From: the human T2T-CHM13v2.0 reference genome, Homo sapiens
DNA length: 64,000 nucleotides
Strand: one strand, 5' to 3'
Assembly (NCBI RefSeq): GCF_009914755.1
Contig: NC_060934.1
Both the position numbers and the translations under genes were made by a program. Below, piece by piece: positions 47,943 to 64,000 of this stretch. Position 1 is the first letter of the stretch, and each line of letters opens with the position of its first letter. The notes under the pieces were generated by a model. That model worked only from the letters and a program-made list of their open reading frames with translations, was not told the DNA's origin and did no database searches.

Positions 47943-48297
47943 TGAGTAGCTGGGATTACAGGCATGCACCACCACGCCCAGCTAATTTTGTGTTTTTAGT
48001 GGAGATGGGGTTTTGCCATGTTGGTCAGGCTGGTCTCGAACTCCTGACCTCAGGTGATTGGCCCGCAGGTGATCGGCCCGCTTCGGCCTCCCAAAGTGCT
48101 GGGATTACAGGTGTGAGCCACCGTGCCTGGCTGCTTCAAGGTAACATTACTTTCCGTCTTCCATGTAGCCCCATTCACCTGCGGCTGCCTTCAGTTAGAT
48201 TTCCTGCATGATTCCTGCCCATTTTAGCCTCTGAAGTAATCTGTTTCCTGTCCTATTAGGTACCAAATAGAGAGCCCTCTGGTATTGGATCAATTAA

Positions 48298-48531
<234 letters not shown>

Positions 48532-49649
48532 TGATCCTCTCGCCTCGGCCTCCCAAAGTGCTGGGATTACAGGCATGAGCCACCGTCCCTAGCCAACAAT
48601 GTGATTTTAATCATTAATAAACATGTACTGGAGAGGATCACTTAGACCCTGCTGCCGAGGAACTGTGTGTGTATCCAAGGAATACTGATAAAATCATTAA
48701 AAAAAAAACCCAGTCCAAGATTCAGCATTTTAAGAGGCATGAAAGAGGCATAATGGTTGAGTGTGGACAGCTGAGATTGACACACCAGCTCTGCTAGCTG
48801 CAGGCACGTGGCCTTGGGCAAGTTACTTAGCACATTTTCCCATCTGTAAAATTGAAATGATGTTAGTGCTTACCCCAAGGGCTTTTGTGAGGAATAAATG
48901 AGTTCATATTTTAAAGGCATTAGCACAGTCAGCAGGCACATAGTGTTCGTTATATTAAATAAAAGAGAGGTGCAAGTGAAGTGCTATCATGGTTTAGAGA
49001 AAGGGGCCAAGAAGGGCTTCACAGAGAAATCATCTATCCTGCTGCTTGGGGAAGGTGAAGGGGAAGATGGCAGGTGGAAGTGACTAGTGACCTTTGTCCC
49101 TTTGGTTTACTGTTATCTTCAGTGACCACACTATGGGGCTACGCTCTGGGTTGAATGCAGTATCTCTATTCCGTCTGCACAACCCTATGACACAGGTGCT
49201 TTTTCGGTTTGTTTTTTGTTTTGTTTTGTTTTGTTTTGTTTTAGAGTCTTGCTCTGTCACTCAGGCTGAAGTGCAATGGCATGATCTCAGCTCACAGCAA
49301 ACTCCACTCCTGGGTTCAAGTGATTCTCCTGCCTCAGCCTCCCAAGTAGCTGGGATTACAGGTGCACACCACCACACCTGGCTAATTTTTGTATTTTTAG
49401 TAGAGATGGGGTTTCATCATGTTGGCCAGGTTGGTCTCGAACTCCTGACCTCAAGTGATCCGCCTGCCTCGGCCTCCCCAGGTGTAGGGATTACAGGTGT
49501 GAGCCATCACACCCAGCCACAGGTACTGTTTTTAATTCATCATCCCCATTTCCAAGGTGAGGAGACTGATGCTTGGGAAGGTTTAGTAATTTGTCCAAAG
49601 TCCCACAACTGGAAAGGGAAGGAGCCAGGATTTAAACCTTGAAAGCTGA

Positions 49650-50226
<577 letters not shown>

Positions 50227-50608
50227 TGATCCACTCACCTTGGACTCCCAAAGTGCTGGTATTACAGGCGTGAGCCACCGTGCCTGGCCAAGTGCCCCAA
50301 CTCTTAAAGCAATATTGTATGACCTCCTACAGTATTTGTTGGAGCATAATGTGCTTGATGGGACATAATAGGAGATGGTACTATAAATGTGGGCTGTGTG
50401 AGGACATGAAGGAGCACTGACCATCTGTCCTTTAGTGAAATATCTCAAGTACTCCACTCCCAGGCACCAGGCCTCACTGTGGATTCTGTCCATTGATGCG
50501 GTACGCTGTGCTCTTTTGCCTAAGCATTTCTAATAGGTTCCGCCCCTGCAATTGATGTTCACCACCTTGGGGCCCACTCTACTCTCAGCCTTCTTTTTTT
50601 TTTTCTGA

Positions 50609-50824
<216 letters not shown>

Positions 50825-50979
50825 TGACCTCAAATGATCTGCCCGCCTTGGCCTCCCAAAGTGCTGGGATTACAGGTATGAGCCACTGTGTTCGGGCGAC
50901 TCTCAGCCTTCCTTTCCTTCTCTGGGGTCTGTCTGTTCCTGTCTTCCTGCCAAGCTTGTGAAAGGAAGGCACCCACTTA

Positions 50980-51057
50980 TTTGTGACAACGAAAAATGTT
51001 TCCAGATGTTGCCAAATGTCCCCTGGGGACAAGAGAACCCCCAGAGGAAACCACTGC
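50980..51057 (+). mobile_element. MER20 fragment
   Basis: tgacaac...ccagatgttgccaaatgtcccctgggg...aaccactg. Confidence 0.55.
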
Positions 51058-52215
51058 TCTAATGGTAATGGCACAGGCTGTGGGGCCACCAGGACATGGG
51101 ATCAAATTCTTGGTCTGTCACTTATGGTCTTGGAGGGCAGGTCATATGTCTCAGGCATCACAGAATCCCTCGTGACTAGACCAGTTAATGTTTCTATACC
51201 TCAGTTTCTGCAGGTGTGAAATGAGGGTAATGATGGCATCTACCGCTTCAGCCATGCACAGTGAGATAATGCCTGCAAAAGATGTAGTGGGGTGCTAGAT
51301 ACAGAGAAAGTGGTATAAATAAGTTATTCTTTTCCCCACAAGCAGACATACTACATTTTCAAACAACTGGCACAGGCTCTGAAGACATTTTATTTTTTCT
51401 CAAAGTGATGAAGTTCATTTTCCTTTCTTTCTTTCTTTTTTTTTTTTTTAAACAGAGTCTTGTTCTGTCGTCCAGGCTGGAATGCAGTGGCATGATCTCA
51501 GCTCACTGCAACCTCTGCCTCCCAAGTTCAAGCAATTCTTGTGCCTCAGTGTCTCGAGTAGCTAGGATTACAATCACGTGCCACCATGCCAGGTTTTTTT
51601 GTTTTGTTTTGTTTTGTTTTGTTTGTTTGTTTTAGTAGAGATGGGGTTTTACCATGTTGGCCAGGTCAACTCCTGACCTCAATTGATCTGCCGATCTCGG
51701 CCTCCCAAAGTGCTGGGATTACAGGCGTGAGCCACCATGCCCAGCCCTTTTCCTCCTTTCATTCAGGAGTGAGGGGTGAGGAATTTGTGCAAACGCTGAT
51801 CCCCAAACAGGCTCAAATTAGGCTCTTCTGGAAGCCACAGGGACATGCAGGCAAGGAAAGAAAGGTACTGGGAATCTACCTGTTCAGGGCAGCTTAACCT
51901 CTTCTGCCTTGAGGCACCTGCTGGGTCTGGGCTGTGCTTTGACTCAGGAAACCTTGCCAGTTTTTTCTTTTATCTTATCTTTTTTTTTTTTTTTTGAGAT
52001 GGAGTCTCACTCTGTCACCTAGGCTGGAGTACAGTGGCGCCATCTTGGCTCACTGCAACCTCCACCTCCCATGTTGAAGGGATTCTCCTGCCTCAGCCTC
52101 TCGAGCAACTGGAGTTACAGGCATGCGCCACCACACCCGGCTAATTTTTGTATTTTTAGTAGAGACGGGGTTTCACCATATTGGCCAGGCTAGTCTCAAA
52201 CTCCTGACCTCGTGA

Positions 52216-52392
<177 letters not shown>

Positions 52393-52757
52393 TAGAAACA
52401 TGGCGAGACCCTGTCTCTACAAAAAAAAATACAAAAATTAGTTGGGCATGATGGTGCATGCCTGTAGTCCCAGCTACTCGGGAGGCTGAGGTGGGAGGAT
52501 TGCTTTAGCCCAGGAGGTTAAGATTGCAGTGAGCTATGTTTGCACCACGGCACCCCAGCCTGGGTGACAGAGTGATACGCTGTTTCAAAAATAAATAAAT
52601 AAATAAAGGTAACTATAAGGAATAAGGGCCTGGGTAACAGAGTGACATGGTGTCTCAAAAAATAAATAAATAAATAAAGCAAGCTAACTATGAGGAATAA
52701 GGGTGACCACAATGGTCAGACACCTATCAAATCCCCATCTACCTGAGATGGACTTTA

Positions 52758-53098
<341 letters not shown>

Positions 53099-54133
53099 TT
53101 AACTTCCACTGTATTAACTTGTGCCTGACATTTTAAATATTTTCTGTTTAATGTATGGTTTAATTTTCATCTTAAAAATGCACTGCCTTATAGGTATCTT
53201 TTTTGCTTTTTCCGTCAATGTAAATCAAGCTAAGACATTTTGTAATTTTTATCTCCATAAATCTCAAGCATTCAACAGTCATTCTTCACATGGGCATTTC
53301 AGGCAAGCTCAACAAAGCATTACTGTTTGCTTCACACCAGGCAGAGAGGCCGCGCACAGCAGCACAATTCCCAGGGCTTTTGGCCATTGGAGATGAAGTT
53401 TCACTGCTTATCACTTCTTGACCAAACAGGAAGCTGAGGCAGTTGCCTGTGGTTAAATAGTTTACCTCAAATCGTACAGGGATTCCTGGGTTGGGGGCTT
53501 TCCAGTGTACATGTAGGCCTTCTGGTCTGCTGATCTCTGCCAAAGAAATGAAATACCCTAGAATCTCTGACCCAGAGGCCCAGAAGGAATTTCATGCAAG
53601 AGCCTCCCAATGGCCTGTTAAGATCTGCAAAGTGTCCAGCTAGTCTCAGGCTGTGGCAACTGACTTCCCCTGGTAGGACTAGTAGAGTCCCCCTTTTGTT
53701 CATTCCAACAAAAGATAACCATGATTGATTTTTGATCACCAATATAAGCCTTAGGAGGAAGGAGCAGCTGTTTTGCCAAGCATTCCCTGACCACTTTCCT
53801 AGCTTGTCCTGGTTAGAGACCCCTACCAGGTTCCTAGAAAACACCATGCCCTTCTCATTCTCAGCGCTCCCAGCTCCTGTCACATGGCATTGGAATTTTC
53901 TATTGCCTTGTCTGGGTCTTAACAATACTGTGCACCTCTTGAGGATAGAGCTCATGTCTTACTCATCCCTGGAATCCCAAGGCTCAGCTAATCCCTGGCT
54001 TGCAGCAACTACCCAGAGCAAGTTTGTCAAGTGAGTCAATAAGCAGTGCTGGCAGGATTTCTACACACATTCTGAAAAAAAAACTATCTTTTGGCTGGGC
54101 GCGGTGGCTCACACCTGTAATCCCAGCACTTTA

Positions 54134-54352
<219 letters not shown>

Positions 54353-54489
54353 CTACAGGGTGAGACTCCATTTCAGAAAAAAAGAAAAAAGAAAAAAAAT
54401 TTATTCAGCTTTCTCTAGCTATTGCAACAATAACACACATTTTTCCCCGGAAAGAAAGAGACAACAACCACCACAACAAAAAAGATAAC

Positions 54490-54674
54490 AAAAAAAAAGA
54501 AAGAAAAAGAAAGGAAGGAAGGAGAGAGAGAGTGAGAGAGAGAGAAAGAAGGAGGGAAGGAAGGAAAGAAAGAAAGAAAGAAAGAAAAAGAAGGAAAGGA
54601 AAGAGAAAGAGAAAGAAAAAGAAAGAAAGAAAGAAAAAAAGAAAGAAAGAAAGAAGGAAAGAAAGGGAAAGAGA
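54490..54674. repeat. About 185-bp polypurine (GAAA/GGAA/GA) low-complexity tract
   Basis: Only one pyrimidine (T at 54533) in the tract. Confidence 0.9.
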
Positions 54675-55632
54675 TGAACTGGCCTTATTCTCATGAGTAA
54701 AAGAGTAGAAAATGACTGAAATTCTCCCTTTTCAGTTTGGGAGGGAAAAAAATTGGACCTAGTTGAGGGGGAGGCAAATGAAAAGATATATGCTCATTTT
54801 TATGATGATTAGGAAAATACGCCCCTGGAACCACAAGTTAACTTTCTGGTAGCTGGGGCTGCAATTAGAGATGGCAAGCAGGACTCTGGGTTTTGCTGAG
54901 TTCTTCCTCTTTCCACAGCAAAAAACATACATTTTTTTTTCTTCCTTTTTTTCCCTCATTGAAGAGGAGCCCCAGATTTGGCTCTCTCCTGGGTTCAGAA
55001 AAGATGAAGTCTTGGAACCAAGCCCTGTCTCCCAGCCAAGTCCTCTTTTTTTCAATTTTTAATTTTTATTTTTTGAGTCTTATTCTGTCACACAGGCTGG
55101 AGTGCAGTGGTGCAATCATAGCTCACTGCAGCCTCAACCTCCCAGGCTTAAGTGATCCCCCTGCCTCAACCTCCTGAGCAGCTGAGACTACAGGTGCACA
55201 ACACCATGCGTGGCTAATTTAAAATTTTTTTTTTAGAGATAAGATCTCTCTCTATTGCCCATGCTGGCCTCACACTCATGGGCTCAAGCAATCCTCCTGC
55301 CTCAGCCTCCCAAAGTGCTGGAATTACAGGTGTGAACCACCACACCCGGCCAAGGCTTCCCTTCTAAACTTACCCCCAGCATGCTCCAGCATGGTCTTGT
55401 GCTGTTCCAAGTTAATGTCAAAGGCAGGCAGCCCAGGATTGGAAGGAGTTGAGTTGTCCTTGATTCAAAGCCCCATGGATTCGTTCACCTTTCAGTCTGT
55501 CTCTGTATAAACCCTCACTCACAGGCTGATTGGGAAGTGTGTGCCACCCACTAGGCCTCGGGTGAATTTCTTAGGCTGAGTCATCCCCCTCTCTGCCCAC
55601 CCCCAGGCACACCTTGGCTTGCTTACTTCTGA

Positions 55633-55871
<239 letters not shown>

Positions 55872-55951
55872 TAGCCAGATTGGTCTTGAACTCCTGACTT
55901 CAGGTGATCCGCCCGCCTCGACTTCCCAAAGTTCTGGGATTACAGGCGTGA

Positions 55952-56635
<684 letters not shown>

Positions 56636-56838
56636 TTTAGAGCTGTGTCTCCAGCCCAGGCCTGTCCTCTGAGTGCCGCCTGCCAACATCTCCACGCAGA
56701 TGCCTCTTATGCACCTCAAGCTCTTGCTTTCTTCAAATCTGTTCCCCGCCACCGACTTCCCCAAACCTCCTCAGGTCAGTACATGGCCTCACAGTCCATA
56801 CAATCATTCAAGCCAGAAAGTAGGAGTCATCTTGATTC

Positions 56839-57356
56839 TGATGGGGTTCAGAACACCATATCCCAAAATATAGCACCATGGCATTTGGAAAACAGCGAAA
56901 GCAGGAAGGTCACTTTCTGACCTCCTCCTGCCCTTCTCCCCTGAAGCAGACCATGAAAGAATCATCTGACCTTCCTCTGAAGAAGGCCCTCATTCCAGGG
57001 GTGCCCAGCCTGTACCCAGAGGAGAGGAATGTCCTTATGTCTGGAGACACAGGGATACAGAGAGGAATATGAACAAACAGGCCTTGCTAAGTTCCCTCAG
57101 TTTATTGCCATTAGATCACATCCCCTTTGTCCAGTCATACTGCTGCATGACTGTCCACTCCATCAAAACTAAGCATGAAAAGACACGGGGTTCCCTGTTC
57201 CTTTGGGTCTTCACCTGTGGATGCTTCCATGCCGCGTACAATATATTCAATAAATGTGTATGCTTTTCTCTTGTTACTCCGTCTGTGGTTATAGAGGGTC
57301 TCAGAATTTAGAGAATCTAGAGATGGATGAGAAAAAAATGTCTTTCATCCCCTACA
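56839..57356 (+). mobile_element. MER31-like ERV1 solo LTR inserted into an L2
   Basis: TG...CA ends (tgatggggttcag...cccctaca), internal AATAAA, near 4-bp TSD attc/gttc. Confidence 0.65.
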
Positions 57357-57939
57357 GTTCCCACCTTTCCCTCCCCACTGCTGGCCAGCAGCACCCAAAG
57401 GAGACGCTGTCTTGTCTCCACCTACATTTGCCTCCACCTCAGTCCAGGCCACCATCGTTTTTCTCATGCAACTCGTTCACAGCTTCTGAAGGTCTCCTGG
57501 CTATCAAGAGGCAAGATTACTTCCATCATGTGAGGTCTATTATATTATATTATTATTATTTGTTGAGATAGGTCCTCACTCCAGGCTGAAGTGCAATGGC
57601 ACAATCATGGCTCACTGCAGCCTCAAACTCCTGGGCTCAAAGGATCCTCCGGCCTCAGCCTCCCGAGTAGCTAGGACTACAGGTGTGCACCACCACACCC
57701 AGCTAATTAAAAAAATATTTTTTTGTAGAGACAGGGGTTTCACTCTGTTGCCTAGGCTGGTCTTGAACTCCTGACATCAAACGATCCTCCTGCCTTAGCC
57801 TCCCATCGTTCTGGGATTATAGGCGTGAGCCACCATATGGCAGAGGTCTATTTTAAAAGTGAAACAACAACCACACAGAGTATAGCTTTCACATCTCTCT
57901 GGTATCCTCAGACCCTGCCACTTCTTTGGGCTCCAGAGA

Positions 57940-58313
57940 TTTCCAGCTGCCAGGATTTGCATCTTTGTTTGGGGGTCTTTCTGCATAATTGCAGAAACCT
58001 GGTCTACCCACCCCTGAGGAAAGACAGGGGTGCTTGGGAATTTATACCGCTGCCTGCAGCCCTCAGCAATGGCTGGGTAGAGGGAATTCGTGTAGAAATA
58101 CCCCAGCTCCCTCACCTCTTGAATGGACTATCTGGGGCGTTTACCTCCCAGGGTCTTCCCACAGATCCAGTCCTGGTCACCATGAAGGTAACTTAACACA
58201 CCCTTCGCTGGCTGCCTTCCCTGTGTTAGTTCCCCTCCCTTATCTCCATTCCCAAATAAGTTACTTGCATTTGAATCCTTATCTCCAGGTTTAGGGACAC
58301 CCACACTAAGACA
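57940..58313 (+). mobile_element. Ancient ERVL-type LTR fragment
   Basis: Ends cccaaataagttacttgca...aatccttatctc...cacactaagaca, typical of the LTR16/33 group. Confidence 0.45.
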
Positions 58314-58544
58314 GAGCACAACAAAAACTGTAATACGAAATGCTCCCCACAGGCTGATTATAGGACTTAGGTGGAAATATTTATTCAGGCCAGGAGCACT
58401 CACCATGAGAACCAGACTAACAGGTGTGGGATGGTCTTTTTCAGTCTCATCAGTCTCTCTCTGTAACGGTATGTGGAACTTTATCTGGGAACATTGCAAA
58501 AGTCCAAGCATGAGGACTGCCCCTGTCTGACAGCTTCCCTTTCC

Positions 58545-59180
58545 CCCCGCCTGCTTTTAACTGGCCTCTCGCTCTCACTCTTGCCTCCTTTCAGTCCATT
58601 CTCTGCCCAGCATCAACAGTGATGCTTCTTAAAACACCAACCACTGTTTCATCTCGTACTTAAAGCTCTTCCGTGGCTTTCCATCTCATTAGAGGAAAAC
58701 ACAAATTTGTACAAGGCTCTATGTGGCTTGTGCCCCTGCAGGTCTGCATGCCTGCCTCCTTTCAGACATCTCCTTTTGGGCTCCTCTGGACCCCATCCCT
58801 GTGTTAGCCATACTGGTCTACTTCCACCTCCCCAAAAGCTACCCCTCACCTGGGCACATGCGGTCCTCTTGATTGACGTGCTGTTACCCTCCACACATAC
58901 CTGACTAGCTCTTCTTGATTATTTAGTTCCTGGCTTTGATGGCATCCTCCCCAAGAAGACTTCCCCAATGACTGTGAATGTCTCTGTCTTGGCCCTTGTT
59001 TCCTTTTACTGGAAACTTAAAATTGCAATTACTTTATCTATTTACTGGGTATTGGTTGGGTTCCTCCCTAGAACAGAAGCCTGACAGGGCAAGGATCATG
59101 CCCATCTTGCTCACTGCTATATCTCCAGCACTTAGCACAGTGCTTGGCACATGGCAGACTCCTAGAAAATTCAGATGAAT
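58545..59180 (+). mobile_element. L2 fragment
   Basis: Ends tctccagcacttagcacagtgcttggcacatggcag. Confidence 0.6.
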
Positions 59181-59225
59181 CTGGTGGAAGGCCCAGCTAA
59201 ACTCTCACTGTGCAGCCACTTCTGA

Positions 59226-59522
<297 letters not shown>

Positions 59523-59713
59523 TAATAGAGATGGGGTTTTGCCATGTTTGTCAGGCTGGTCTTGAACTCCTGACCTCAGGTGATCTGCCCACCTCGGCCT
59601 CCCAAAGTGCTGGGATTAGAGGTGTGAGGCACCGTGCCTGGCCGAACTATTTTTAAATCATGGTTTGTTTCTTCAAAATCTTTGATGCCTATCCTAGTTT
59701 GCAGATTAAATAA

Positions 59714-59947
<234 letters not shown>

Positions 59948-60222
59948 TGACCTGAGGTGATTGCGGCCACCCAAAGTGCTGGGATTACAGGTGTGAGCCA
60001 CTGCGCCCAGCCCTAATTTGCTTTTTAAAGCCCCACAATATTTGACAGTGTATTTTTTAAGAACAAGTATATTCTCTTATATAATAATACTATTACAATG
60101 CTCAAAACCAGGAATTTTAACATTGATATACTGTTATCTAATGCACAGTCCATATTCAAATTTAATCAAATGTCCCAACAATATCCTTCATAGTAGCCAC
60201 TCACCTCCCTACCATGATCTAA

Positions 60223-60566
<344 letters not shown>

Positions 60567-60910
60567 TAGTTTCTTTTAATCTGGAACAGTTCCTCAGTCA
60601 TTCTTTATGTTTCTTGACCTTGACATTTTTGAGGAACACAGTCTGGCTCTTTTGTGGAACATCTCCTATTTGGTTGGTCTGATATTTCCTCCGATTAGAT
60701 TCGGGTTAAACATTTTTGGCAGGAATACCACTGAAGTGTTGTTTCATAATTTACTTAACCAATCTGTTATTCTTGGAAATTTGTGTTGTTTCAACTTTTT
60801 CTTCATTTTATAATCAATAATGTAATCTGTATACATCCTTGTAGCCAAATCTTTGTACACGTTCTTATCTAATTTTTTAGGGTGTTTTTCTAGAATTGGA
60901 ACTGCTATGA

Positions 60911-61158
<248 letters not shown>

Positions 61159-61632
61159 TGAACTCCTGACCTCGTGATCTGCCCACCTTGGCCTCCCAAA
61201 GTGCTGGGATTACAGGCGTGAGCCACCATGCCCGGCCCCTAGGTGCGTTTTTATGATTTTTGTTATGTATTGCCAAACTACCTTCAAGAAAGGCTGTGCC
61301 AGTTTATACTCCCTCCACAGTGAGTGAAGGTAGCAATTTCTAGGAGATTTTTGCCAACACTGGATCCAAACAGTTTAAAATACCCTTCTTACAGCAGTCT
61401 GTACTTCTCATGTTGATCTGTCTTCTATTCTGGCTTCTTGTGTGTGTAACTTGTTGGCCCTAAACACCTACAAGCTGTTTAAAAAAGGGCTTGCATGTCT
61501 GACTCATCTTTGTGGTGCCCAACTATGCTTCCTACTTAATAGTCACTCAATAAATGTCAAAGGAAGGAAGTCACACATGTTTGAACAATGCGACCTTATT
61601 TTGTCAGGTTCTGTTTCGACATGCTGGGATAC

Positions 61633-61988
61633 TGTCCTAGTTCCGGCTACTGTAACAAGTTCCATAGACTGGGTGGCTTATAAACAACAGAAATTTCTTT
61701 CACGCAGTTCTAGAGGCTGGAGGTTTGAGATCAGGGAGCCAGCATGATGAGGTTCTGATGAGGGCCCTCTTCTGGGTTGCCCGCTGCTGACTTCTCGTTG
61801 TATCTTCACATGGTGGGGAGAGGGTGGAAGAGCTCTCTGAAGTCCCTTTTATAAGAGCACTAGTCCCATTCATGAAGGCTCTACATTCATGACTTAATTC
61901 CCTCTCAAAGGTCCCACCTCCTAATACCATCACATTAGGGATTAGAATTTCAATCTGAATTTTGGGGGAACATATTCAGTTCATTGCA
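61633..61988 (-). mobile_element. MLT1A-like MaLR solo LTR
   Basis: ccatagactgggtggcttataaacaacagaaattt...cccacctcctaataccatcaca. Confidence 0.75.
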
Positions 61989-62554
61989 GCTACCAAAAAA
62001 GTTACTAATGTTGGTATCCAAAAGTCCAACAACCAGCGCCCCCTACTTGCCCGGACTAGCAAGATTCATTCTCGGGACCTCTCGGGAACCCCAAAGAAAA
62101 CTTTCCGTTTTGTTCATATGGATCCTGGGCAGGCTCTTCACCTTAGGTATCCAGCTCACTGCAGACACCTGCTTCTCCGGTCCCCTCCAGCCCTAGCTCC
62201 AGGAGCTTCTCTGGGCTGCTGCTGCTCTCCTTGTACTTACCTCTGGGTCCCGGGAGGATCACATGCCTTTCTCTCAATTCTCCAATCCCAGCTAGGACAG
62301 GCAGTCCTTTTAAACTGAAGCCTTAGAAATAACAGACAGAAATTAAAATTACAATGCCGATAAGGCAAACATAAAGCAGGATGTGAGGTAAAAATTCTAT
62401 CACCTTTTTAGCCCCATACGGACCTCCTTAGGGACTGTTTTTCTCCTTTGAAATACTCCTTCCTCCCTCCTGTGATGCAGGATCTGCTAACTTGGGAGGA
62501 CACCATGTAGAGCACCCTTGATCTTGCCTCTTTTTCCCCATCCTGGCCCTTCTA

Positions 62555-62850
62555 GGGTATTAAGAGATGGAGCCTTGAGAGTGACTGGGTCATGAGAATG
62601 GAGTCCTCCTGAATAGGATTAGCGCCTCGATAAAAGAGGCCTGAGGGAGCTCTTTTGCTTCTTCTGTGACGTTAGGACGTAGCAACAAGGCACCATCCAT
62701 GAAGCAGGGAGCTCTCACCAGACACCATATCTGCTGGTGCCCTGATCTTGCATTTTCCAGCCTCCAGAACTACGAGCAATCCATTTCTATTGTTTGTAAG
62801 TTACCCAGTCTAAGATGCTTTGTTGTAGCAGCCCTAAAGGACTGGGACAC
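62555..62850 (+). mobile_element. MST/MLT1A-like MaLR LTR
   Basis: ctctcaccagacacc...ccagcctccagaact...gttacccagtct...gtagcagcc. Confidence 0.7.
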
Positions 62851-63367
62851 ACATTAACCAGTGTCTCCCCAGGCTGACCTGCCTCCCACCTCCCCCAAAC
62901 AGAGGTCCCATTCAGCCTGGACTGGAGGGGTCTGATTGGTATCCTGGAGCATACGAAGGTTGCGGAGCTTGCAGCTTGCTTTCGCCATTTGGCTGCAGCT
63001 CTCCAGAGTTCATGCTAGGTGGCATCCTCTCTCCATGGAGGAGACTAGGACAGCTGCTTGGAGTGAGTGCTCCAACTGTATCTAACTGCTCCTGCACAAG
63101 CTCATTTCTATAGCACATCAACTCACAGCTTTGCTCTAAGATGCCACTACAGGAGGACTTGAGCTGCTCCAAACCAACTGGGCAAATTAGATATTATATT
63201 CTATTTTATGTAATTGTAAAAAAAGATCATTCTGTGCAATGCATTACATTTAGCATATAACTGGCTAGCTGAGATTTCAATGAAGGAGAAAATATATCCT
63301 CCTTTTATCGGGGCCATGAAATATACACATGCATATAATGGCCTATCTTAGGTCAGTAAATGCTTTA

Positions 63368-63747
<380 letters not shown>

Positions 63748-64000
63748 CTATCGCAGCAGGAAGGTTGAAACCCTGTGAGCCCACTTCACCTATGAGTCAT
63801 CTGGTTATAAGGGCTCCTAATGTTGCATTTAATTCAGCCTGCCTCCTCCTCCTCTTAAGAAGGAGTTCTACCATTGATAAGATCGTATCTATATGTCCAA
63901 TATAGGCTACCATGCAAAACAATTGACTAGCTTTAGGCATGTCATCACCTGATAGATGCTGGTCATAAAGAGACCACAAGTGATGGTCTGGATTCTTTCC

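Noticed and set aside
61633-62850. Two MaLR LTRs as possible ends of one provirus
   Set aside because: Opposite orientations, clearly different sequences and no internal region, so independent solo LTRs
63797-63979. 60-aa - strand ORF near the right edge
   Set aside because: Non-ATG start and no recognisable homology; GRK5, which I recall as the next gene, is not visible in this window

Overview
Human (great-ape-type) genomic DNA, recognisable as the 10q26.11 locus. It holds three genes. (1) The last coding bases and 3' UTR of DENND10/FAM45A (+ strand, 1-~1390). (2) The complete SFXN4 gene (- strand, 14 coding exons, 29061->4651, 1014 nt = 337 aa). (3) The complete PRDX3 gene (- strand, 7 coding exons, 42206->31896, 771 nt = 256 aa). 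I reconstructed all exons by hand; they have GT-AG boundaries and consistent phases. Each gene starts in a CpG island. The rest is dense with repeats: about 70 Alu copies or fragments, a near full-length SVA about 2.5 kb upstream of PRDX3, L1M/L2/MIR relics, MER/Tigger DNA transposons and solo LTRs. Nearly all ORFs in the supplied track are Alu, SVA or CpG-island artefacts. I see no convincing new biological system. The best leads are: a predicted in-frame PRDX3 exon6->SFXN4 exon2 read-through chimera; the co-oriented SVA upstream of PRDX3, carrying a tandem forkhead site; an in-frame, stop-free 81-nt SFXN4 intron; and tandem PRDX3 poly(A) signals that split its miRNA sites. Repeat subfamily names come from remembered consensus sequences and repeat boundaries are approximate.
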